Assembly (NCBI RefSeq): GCF_002105155.1
Contig: NW_019029021.1
Location: forward strand, 186,001-250,000
Reading direction: 5' to 3'
DNA length: 64,000 bases
DNA from: Lobosporangium transversale
Taxonomy: Eukaryota
Position 1 is the first letter of the stretch; the number at the start of each line of letters is the position of its first letter. Shown one piece after another: positions 38,640-48,554 of the stretch. Both the position numbers and the translations under genes were made by a program. Below the pieces are notes generated by a model that ran no database searches, was not told the origin of the DNA, and was given only the letters and a program-made list of their open reading frames with translations.

Positions 38640-39800
38640 TTGCTTTCACTTTCTTGCTATGCTTCCGTTTGTTTCTCTTTTCTATTTCCTTGCCATGCTT
38701 TCGTTTATATTTCTTTAACGCTTGTTATCTTTTGACTCAACCTCCTTTGCTGGTTCTCTTTCTTGTTACTCTATGATGATTTACTTTCTTGCTATCCTTT
38801 GTTAGTTCATATCCTTTGTTAGTTCATATCCTTGCTACCTTTTGATGGTTCACGTTCTTACTATCCTTTGCTAGTTCATTTCCTTGTTATTCTTTACTGG
38901 TTCACTTTCTTACTATCCTTTGGTGGTTCACTTTCTTACTATCCTTTGGTGGTTCACTTTCTTACTATCCTTTGATGGTCTGCTTTCTTACTATCCTTTG
39001 ATACTTCCTTTCTTATTATTCTTTGCTGCCTGTTTCACTTTCTTGCTATCCTCTGATGGTTCACTTTCTTGTTATCCTCTGATGGTTCACTTTCTTGCTA
39101 TCCTCTGATGGTTCACTTTCTTGCTATCCTCTGATGATTCATTTCCTTGTTATCCTATGATGGTACATTTTCTTGTTATCTTTTGATGGTTCACTTCTTT
39201 AATGCTTCATTTCCTTGTTATCCTTTGGTGCTTCGCTTTCTTGCTATCCTTTGGTACTTCACTTTCTTGCTACCCTTTGGTGCTTCGCTTGTTATTCTCT
39301 GCTAGTTCGATTCCCTGTTATCCTTTGGTGTTTCACTTTCTTGTTAGTCTTTGATGGTTCACTTCCTTGCTACGCTTCCATATTTTATCCTTCAATGCCT
39401 CGCTTGGTTGCTACGCTTTCATTTCTTTCCTCCATGCTTGACTTTCCTGTTATGCTTTCATCTCTTTTTCGGTACTTCACTTTTGTTATCCTTTCTTATG
39501 TTTTTCTAGGCGCATCTCTTTCGTGTCATGTTCTATTACGCTTTCCTTCCCTCTTTCTTTTTTCTCCTCTCATTGCTTCGCTTTCTTGTTATTTTTTTCA
39601 TTTGCTTTTCTCGACACTTCAACTTGTTACTATGCTATCCTTTGTTTTCCTTCGCTGCTTCACTTCCTTGTTATGCTTTCTTTCTTTCTCGCTGCTTCAC
39701 TTCCTTGTTATGCTTTCTTCCTTTCTCGCTGCTTCACTTCCTCATTTGTTTTCCTTAGCGCTTCACTTTTTTTAATATACTTTCATGTACTTCTCTTCGA
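38640..39800. repeat. Pyrimidine-rich minisatellite: 26-bp units (ttcactttcttgctatcctctgatgg) grading into 37-bp units (cgctgcttcacttccttgttatgctttctttctttct)
   Basis: Near-perfect 26-bp period at ~38895-39190. 37-bp units start at 39653, 39690 and 39727. A degenerate core ttcactt(t/c)cttg(c/t)tat extends further on both sides. Confidence 0.9.
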
Positions 39801-39928
39801 CGCTTCACTTCCGAGTTATCTTTTCCTTTGTTTCCCTTTGATGCTTCGCTTTCTTATGTTGTTTTCATTTGTTTTCTACCTTTGCTTATTATAACTCCCT
39901 TTGTTTCCCTTTGTGTGTGCGTGTATGT

Positions 39929-39971
<43 letters not shown>

Positions 39972-40708
39972 CCTTGTTATACTTTCGTTTGTTTTCCTTT
40001 TGCGCTTCTCTTCCTTACTATGCTTTCATTATGTGTTTCCATTTCTTATTTTGTTTTCTTTTTTTTCTTTCCTTCTCTTCAATGCTTCTCTTTCTTACCA
40101 TATCTTACATTTGTTTCTCTTTTGCTTTCTTTCTTATCATATTTTCATTTATAGGTGCCAGCATTTCTTACATATCTTTTTGTTTGTTCTTTTCCCTCGC
40201 TTTACTTCTTTGCTACGCTTCCGTTTGTTCTTTCTCGACTTTTCCTTCCCCTTTCTCTCTCTCTCTCTTTTTTTTTTTTTTTTTTTTTTTTTTCTTCTTG
40301 CTTTCACTTACTCTTCCTATGTGCTTCTCTTCCTCAGTTTATTTTCATTCTCTCTTTCTCGGCGTTCCTTTCTCTTTCTTATTTCTCTTTCTTTTGTTGG
40401 TTACTTGCCGCTTCCCCTCCTTACCTTGCTTTCTCTTACCTCGTTTCCTTGCTGCTTACCGCTCTTGGGGGTTATTTTGCCTTTGATATAGTACGGAGAC
40501 AAAAAGTATGTAGTTTAGTATAAAGTAGTGACGGTAGGAGAAGGCAACGATCGTAGCTGAGCGAGAGTGTGTGGATGACATTAAGAGGCACAGGGAGAGA
40601 CGGAAGAAGTGTGTGCGTGTGTGCTTGTGTGTGAATGTATTTGACAAAGGACTGCGATCGAGACTTACTTTTCAAGAGGTGGAGAGGTGGAGATAAAGAA
40701 GTGGAGAA

Positions 40709-40788
40709 GTGAAGAGGTGAAGAGGTGAAGAGGTGAAGAGGTGAAGAGGTGAAGAGGTGAAGAGATGAAGAGGTGAAGAGGTGAAGAG
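40709..40788. repeat. (GTGAAGAG)x~10 octamer array near the inner end of the left arm (mirror at ~41958-42037)
   Basis: gtgaagaggtgaagaggtgaagag... is directly visible, with one ATGAAGAG variant. Confidence 0.92.
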
Positions 40789-40922
40789 AAAAGGAAGAGA
40801 AAAGAAGAGATATGAAAAAAAAAAAAAAGGAAAGAAAGAAAGAGCGAGCTTAAAAATGAGAGAAAAAGCGTCATTCTCCCAATCTCACTCGTTGCCACCA
40901 TTTCTTCTTATCTTTGTTGAAA

Positions 40923-41823
40923 GCGGACAAAATTATCCGAATATGGGAATGGTCAGTCGCTTTAAAAGCAAAAAGCATCTTCCGTCCACACGGAGAGTTG
41001 ATGTCATTGGATTGTCACATGAAGCAAAAGGAAAAATGTATGTGAAGGTGGGGAAAGCATTGAAAGAGGGATAAATAAGTTAAATGCGGAGAATTAAATA
41101 CAATAGTAATGAAAGTGTTGAATCAAAAGTATTAAAGGCCCGGAAGGCCCTGCAGACCTTGGATATAAACAAACGTTAATATTTTCTTCGACACATGCGT
41201 TACATACTTTTTACGTGTTGCTTGTTGTTGCTCTCTCAATCCGGCAGGCTTGTGACTTCAACAAGATGGTCGTTAAAAAAATAAGACAGCCTTGCTTTTA
41301 GGATATGGGCCAGAAAGGTGATGGGCTCCGTGAACAGCATCTACCAGATACTGTAGCAGACCTGAACACACTGTGTTACTTTCAATCAGAAACTAGAAGG
41401 TGCTAGAGTCTATGACAAGCCTTGATCCTTGTCTATTATACTTTTAGAAGTGATAAAAGAGAGAGAAGAGCGAGATGTAATGAAAAGCGTGGCTACTCCT
41501 AAAGATGCATAAAAAATGAATTCTTTTTTTTTTTTGTTTCTTTAAAAAATGCGATCGCAAAAAAAGCATACGATATATAAGTCTAGGGGCCAGAAGTCGT
41601 GGTGTGAGTAGTGTCTACTCATGGTCATTAAGTTTAATACTCTCGATGCTTTTTGGTTCGTTCTTCTCAGAGTCGTATCACTTTCGCTTATTACGTCAAC
41701 AAATGCGAAAGATGTCGCAACGAAAGGCAACGGGATCGCTTCCGGGCTATCCAAGCCGACAGTTTTCCGTCCACCCTTTCTTTGAATTTCATGCTGTTTC
41801 AAAATGGCGCCCAGTCACTTTCA
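40923..41823. other. 901-bp unique spacer (loop) between the palindrome arms
   Basis: Unique within the window; no convincing ORF. Confidence 0.85.
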
Positions 41824-42775
41824 TTTCAACAAAGATAAGAAGAAATGGTGGCAACGAGTGAGATTGGGAGAATGACGCTTTTTCTCTCATTTTTAAGCTC
41901 GCTCTTTCTTTCTTTCCTTTTTTTTTTTTTTCATATCTCTTCTTTTCTCTTCCTTTTCTCTTCACCTCTTCACCTCTTCATCTCTTCACCTCTTCACCTC
42001 TTCACCTCTTCACCTCTTCACCTCTTCACCTCTTCACTTCTCCACTTCTTTATCTCCACCTCTCCACCTCTTGAAAAGTAAGTCTCGATCGCAGTCCTTT
42101 GTCAAATACATTCACACACAAGCACACACGCACACACTTCTTCCGTCTCTCCCTGTGCCTCTTAATGTCATCCACACACTCTCGCTCAGCTACGATCGTT
42201 GCCTTCTCCTACCGTCACTACTTTATACTAAACTACATACTTTTTGTCTCCGTACTATATCAAAGGCAAAATAACCCCCAAGAGCGGTAAGCAGCAAGGA
42301 AACGAGGTAAGAGAAAGCAAGGTAAGGAGGGGAAGCGGCAAGTAACCAACAAAAGAAAGAGAAATAAGAAAGAGAAAGGAACGCCGAGAAAGAGAGAATG
42401 AAAATAAACTGAGGAAGAGAAGCACATAGGAAGAGTAAGTGAAAGCAAGAAGAAAAAAAAAAAAAAAAAAAAAAAAAAAGAGAGAGAGAGAGAAAGGGGA
42501 AGGAAAAGTCGAGAAAGAACAAACGGAAGCGTAGCAAAGAAGTAAAGCGAGGGAAAAGAACAAACAAAAAGATATGTAAGAAATGCTGGCACCTATAAAT
42601 GAAAATATGATAAGAAAGAAAGCAAAAGAGAAACAAATGTAAGATATGGTAAGAAAGAGAAGCATTGAAGAGAAGGAAAGAAAAAAAAGAAAACAAAATA
42701 AGAAATGGAAACACATAATGAAAGCATAGTAAGGAAGAGAAGCGCAAAAGGAAAACAAACGAAAGTATAACAAGG

Positions 42776-42819
<44 letters not shown>

Positions 42820-45406
42820 ACATACACGCACACACAAAGGGAAACAAAGGGAGTTATAATAAGCAAAGGTAGAAAACAAATGAAAACAACATAAGAAAGC
42901 GAAGCATCAAAGGGAAACAAAGGAAAAGATAACTCGGAAGTGAAGCGTCGAAGAGAAGTACATGAAAGTATATTAAAAAAAGTGAAGCGCTAAGGAAAAC
43001 AAATGAGGAAGTGAAGCAGCGAGAAAGGAAGAAAGCATAACAAGGAAGTGAAGCAGCGAGAAAGAAAGAAAGCATAACAAGGAAGTGAAGCAGCGAAGGA
43101 AAACAAAGGATAGCATAGTAACAAGTTGAAGTGTCGAGAAAAGCAAATGAAAAAAATAACAAGAAAGCGAAGCAATGAGAGGAGAAAAAAGAAAGAGGGA
43201 AGGAAAGCGTAATAGAACATGACACGAAAGAGATGCGCCTAGAAAAACATAAGAAAGGATAACAAAAGTGAAGTACCGAAAAAGAGATGAAAGCATAACA
43301 GGAAAGTCAAGCATGGAGGAAAGAAATGAAAGCGTAGCAACCAAGCGAGGCATTGAAGGATAAAATATGGAAGCGTAGCAAGGAAGTGAACCATCAAAGA
43401 CTAACAAGAAAGTGAAACACCAAAGGATAACAGGGAATCGAACTAGCAGAGAATAACAAGCGAAGCACCAAAGGGTAGCAAGAAAGTGAAGTACCAAAGG
43501 ATAGCAAGAAAGCGAAGCACCAAAGGATAACAAGGAAATGAAGCATTAAAGAAGTGAACCATCAAAAGATAACAAGAAAATGTACCATCATAGGATAACA
43601 AGGAAATGAATCATCAGAGGATAGCAAGAAAGTGAACCATCAGAGGATAGCAAGAAAGTGAACCATCAGAGGATAACAAGAAAGTGAACCATCAGAGGAT
43701 AGCAAGAAAGTGAAACAGGCAGCAAAGAATAATAAGAAAGGAAGTATCAAAGGATAGTAAGAAAGCAGACCATCAAAGGATAGTAAGAAAGTGAACCACC
43801 AAAGGATAGTAAGAAAGTGAACCACCAAAGGATAGTAAGAAAGTGAACCAGTAAAGAATAACAAGGAAATGAACTAGCAAAGGATAGTAAGAACGTGAAC
43901 CATCAAAAGGTAGCAAGGATATGAACTAACAAAGGATATGAACTAACAAAGGATAGCAAGAAAGTAAATCATCATAGAGTAACAAGAAAGAGAACCAGCA
44001 AAGGAGGTTGAGTCAAAAGATAACAAGCGTTAAAGAAATATAAACGAAAGCATGGCAAGGAAATAGAAAAGAGAAACAAACGGAAGCATAGCAAGAAAGT
44101 GAAAGCAAATGAAAGTACAGGAAAGAAAGCGAATACAGGAAAGTTTTTTTTTTATATTTTTCTTCTTCTTCAAGGGTAAGGGACTGTATAGGGTGGTAGG
44201 GTGGACAGTCTCAAGTAAACAAGGTAAGTACCAAGAAGTCAATGAAAGTAAAAGTAAGAAAAGAAAACACCAAACAACAGAACGCAAAAAAAAAAAAAAA
44301 AAAAAAGTAAACGAAAGTACTAACGAAGAAGAGAAGTAGCAGAAAAGGTTAATAAAAGTGAGGAACAGGACAAGGAAGCAAGAAAGACTACACCATTAGA
44401 TATCCGACCCTGTATCAAAGGCACGTCTCCAGAACATTTGGACACTCTCGCTTTCGAACACTCATGAAAAAAAGGCAAGAGTATAATTATATCTGTGAAT
44501 GTGCTATTAATATTTGATTGATACCTGATTTACATGTTGCTTCGTGGGAGCAATCCAGCACTTGCACTAATTATTCTTTCATATCTTTTTACTACTATTA
44601 TCTTTATAACAATGAGGATGTAAACACGACCTGCCGCTACCATATAAGCGCTGTGTTATCAAATCACAGGTGTAGTAAAGTATCCAAATATTTAGTCGCG
44701 GTGCGCTACGAGGACCTATACGTATATGACGCGATAGATAGCAAGTTCTTTATTTCCTCCGTCATTGGGTTTGGTGTACCGGTTCACTTTTGTATTAGGG
44801 TACACCATACCATCACTGACTCACCAGCATTACATTGTTCAGCAGTGTCAAAAAAGAATAAAAGAAAATATAAAAGAAAAGACTAGACTGTTGTAAAAAG
44901 TAAGTGTATCTCCGCTAAGGGAAAGAGGGGTAAGGAAAAATAAAGAAGGAAATAAAGGTAAATTTACAAGGGACACCATCGGATGCCACAAAGTAAGAGA
45001 AGCGTGTTATGGGCAAGAACAAGGACCGAATCGCTGAAAGTCTAGAGCTTGAAAGTAGAAGGGGAACTAACATGTGTAAAGGTAAGCTAGAGAAGGACTG
45101 CAGGATGAAAGACTAAGGGCTTGCTTGAGCCAGACTCTTTCTTTATATTATCTGTTTGTAGGCATGGCCGTGAAAGTTCCTGACAAGGCCAAGGGAGGGG
45201 GATTCACCAATAGCTAATGAAAGGCCTTTGCACAAAGAAACTTTCCTTCCTGTGGATTCACAAAACATCCCGATTGGTAAATAATAAATGAGTTAATAGA
45301 ATAAAAATTAGATAAAGCGTTAAAATGCCCAGCAACAACATAGCTCCGGCGCGCCAGCGAACTTTAGTTTACCGGAGGAGCACTGGCTCCTCATGTATAG
45401 ATTTCC
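41824..45406. repeat. Right arm (3.58 kb) of the large inverted repeat; 44593-45406 is also a direct copy of 11789-12602
   Basis: Reverse complement of 37341-40922. The visible differences are homopolymer-length changes. Confidence 0.96.
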
Positions 45407-47477
45407 GAGATTGCGGGGGCAAGAACCTCTTGGATTTCACGATAGAAGAGTACAGTCACCTGAAAAAAGGTTGGATAACCTAGAAACCTAGACATACAGC
45501 TCAATTGCAACGAACATAAAGACTCTAGCGATCAATGAGAAAGTTTGCGTTGTTAAAGAGGTTGATGCAGCTATTTATTGAGATGCTCAGAGTGGATTCT
45601 GTGAGAGGGCATAGGAAAAGTGAGGGAATGAAGATCATTGCTCTTTCACGCAGCTGCAATACCTTTTTTCATACATGTCTGAAGAAATAATAATACGCTT
45701 CTGTATGATATTAAGAGATTAATACCTGACAACAATGCTTCAAAAAAAAAAAAAAAAAACTTGTTTTAGGTCACTGTACGTACATGTACATCTTAACGGA
45801 GAGGCGATGGAACTTTTCCAGTTTTCTCTTTCCCAGCAAATTCCTCGTTAAAGATTAGGTGGATCTTGCTTTCCCCAAACCAGGATGAGCCATTTCGTTT
45901 CACGTAAATGGAAAATGATAATATATAATAAAAATATAGAAATATCGAGTACAGATTCCCCCAAGTTGATTAAGAGTTACGGGGATGACAAGCGTGGTTT
46001 TATCATTCTTGCTATGTCTTTACCAGTCCTATACATTCATTTTGGGAGGGTATGGCCAATTCTGACCTTTGCCATGAGGAAGGGGAGAAGGCTGATACCC
46101 TTCTCACACATAAGTTTATTTAACCAATTTATTGTATTCAGATGCGAAATAACTCTTCCACTTCATGCTGCTCTATAGCAGAGAGACGCTTGATACATTT
46201 TATTACTCCCACTAAAGGTCGCTGATCCTGTTCCTCGCATCTTCAGCCCCTTGCGACAAACAGGAGCGATTGGACGTGCGGGAACGCGATGGCTTTTGTC
46301 TTTCCAAAAAAAAAAAAAAAAAAAAAAAATCGAATAGAGATTAGGCTCCTGAATCATACTATACAGGTAATCATATAGGACAGGAAGAGCTACTTGGCGC
46401 TAATCTGGAATATTGAAAGAAACAAAGGTATCAAAGGCAACTTCAATTGAATGGATACTGTCCTGTTACTAATCAACTGGGGGTAGCATTAATTTTTTTA
46501 AAAAAGGCGGAAAGGGATGCTTTTTGAGATTTTCTCACCGATGGAGGGCGGGCTTTTATTGAACGCCTGGCTTTTTAGATACCACTTAGTTGCCTTGACG
46601 TTTTATCTAGTACTTGGTATCCTTTAGGATATACAGCTTGGTTGTCGAGAATGTTATAGGATAGCACATCTCATTCCACAGGTTGGTAGCACGGCCTAGT
46701 AAGCGATTATAGAAGCCAGCAGTGGTATTGGCCTGATTGCTCTTCAAGCCCAAGGACATGAATGAACGTACGCTACTCATTTGGCTGGCAGTGATTATTA
46801 CCGCTAAGTGTAATCCCTGACTGGCGTCTGCATTCAAATGGTCACAGACACTCCTCTGTCATGTTTGCAGAAATGGGGCAGAGAGCTGCTACATTTAGGT
46901 TTGGGCTTTTATACTTATCCTTGGTGTTTACTTTGTTGGTCAAGGAGTCAAGGGTATTTTGTTAAAAACTGGTTTGATGGAAACAAGCGAATTGACTGTC
47001 TTTGAGGCTCCTTTTTTTTTTGTAATGTCTTAATTGACTACCCTTGGTAGCTTTGGTTAGGGCAGCTGCTGTTATTTTAGTTTAGTTATACCCGTTGTTG
47101 GTTGAGTTGATTGCAACTGTGTCGTTTATTTTGGATGGTGTTTTTTGTGTTTTGGTGTTTTTTATTGGGCCCTTTGTTGAATTTGCTTACTAAATCTGCT
47201 TGCATAGTATGCTTCTTGGATCTTTTTTTGCGTCTACTACAGGATCTGTTTGTTGTCTTTTTTTTTTTATTTCTTTTCATTTATCCGTCCTTTGTTTCTG
47301 TCTTCGAGATGGCTCTTTGGTCCTTCGATCCTTCGTGGCGATTCCTCAATCCCTTGAGGCGGTTCTTCGGAGCAGTTATTGGTTCAGCTCTTCGTGGCGG
47401 CTGTTTGAGGTGGTTGTTCAAGGCAGTTTTTAATTTTTATTTTTTTTGGATGAGTTTTTTTAGGTTGACGGGAGTTT

Positions 47478-47509
<32 letters not shown>

Positions 47510-48183
47510 CGTTGATCCTCTTATTTTTTCGGATATTAGTTTTTTGAGGCTATTGTTTGTTCCTTTGTGTTTGGAATGAGATTTTTTCCTGGCACCTTTC
47601 TGCTGCGCCTGTTGTTGCTGTTATAGCTAACATCACTGTTAAAAATGAAATGCAGGTTAGTAACGCTGTTTCATATTATTCGCCGGACCTAATTAAACAA
47701 TCTTTCCGTATAGCATTGCACAGAAACTACTTATTGCATTGGCATTTGTAGGCAGCCGGAACTCATAATAGGTCGTTGCTACCCAGCGCTGCCTATGTTC
47801 CCGTCTGCTTTGGAGCATCTTTAGGCATGTCCTCCACTCAGGAACATCCACGCTGTGACCTTCCACCCCCGAATCCCTTGACAAGCCTTCGCTTCGGCTC
47901 AGTGGCTTCTTCCTTCTGGGACTATGGCCTGTGCTGGTTTCCATCCTAAGCTAGAATCAAGCCAAAACCGAACTGTTTCATAAAAGCTCTTATGTTTGGC
48001 TTGCATCTGCTCAGGAGAATCCAACCCAGATACCTGCCGGCAGTCCTGATACTTTGTTTCGACTCTAGCCTTCCGTGCGGTAGCCGATCCGAGGCTCTGG
48101 TTCAGACAGAGGTAGAACATAAGGCCTTAAAACATGGTGTAGAGATGCCATGCGCTAAGCTGTGTTAGGCATCCCTGTCCTAG

Positions 48184-48554
48184 CTTAGCTCCTAGGAGCA
48201 CCTAAGGATGATAAGTTAGTGTTAATAGGCATCCGCTAGAACCATACCCCCGAGCTGCCTAAAGATCTCATCTAAGTAGAGAACAAAAAACAAAAAAAAT
48301 CAAGTTAGTATGCTCTTTAAAAAAAAAAAAAAAAAATCTATTTTACCTGAGGCGTTATAAAGTTGTAGTTCCTCTTTTCCACCCAAAGAGAGGCTTTGGC
48401 AACACCTTACGCCTATCCTACCCCTGTCCTGGCCCTGGCCCTGGTCCTGCTGAGGGGGGGATCTTTCTTGGAGGTCAACCCTCAGGGCATATGGTTCTAG
48501 CGAATGCCTATTAACACTAACTTACCATCCTTAGGCGAGCCTGAGGTATGTCCT
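48184..48554. mobile_element. MITE-like element with ~55-bp imperfect inverted repeats and a possible 9-bp target-site duplication
   Basis: 48201-48254 (cctaaggatgataagttagtgttaataggcatccgctagaaccata...) is the near reverse complement of 48481-48535. ctgtcctag occurs at 48175-48183 and 48555-48563. Confidence 0.55.

Larger units (their letters stand above)
37341..40922. repeat. Left arm (3.58 kb) of a large inverted repeat / palindrome
   Basis: Mirror ORFs have coordinate sums of 82746-82748 (40665+42081, 39215+43533, 37861+44886). The inner junction ...atctttgttgaaa (40922) pairs with tttcaacaaagat (41824), and the outer junction ggaaatctatac (37341) pairs with gtatagatttcc (45406). Confidence 0.96.

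Noticed and set aside
38640..39800. CRISPR-like array (recurring core with variable spacers)
   Set aside because: Eukaryotic context and no cas genes. The 'spacers' are related to each other and low-complexity, so this is a minisatellite.
38424..44339. Many Phe/Leu/Ser-rich (or Lys/Arg-rich) ORFs of 60-220 aa that look like membrane proteins
   Set aside because: They are translations of the pyrimidine-rich minisatellite and poly-T tracts. They occur in overlapping frames, mostly lack ATG starts and change frame between the two arms through homopolymer length.
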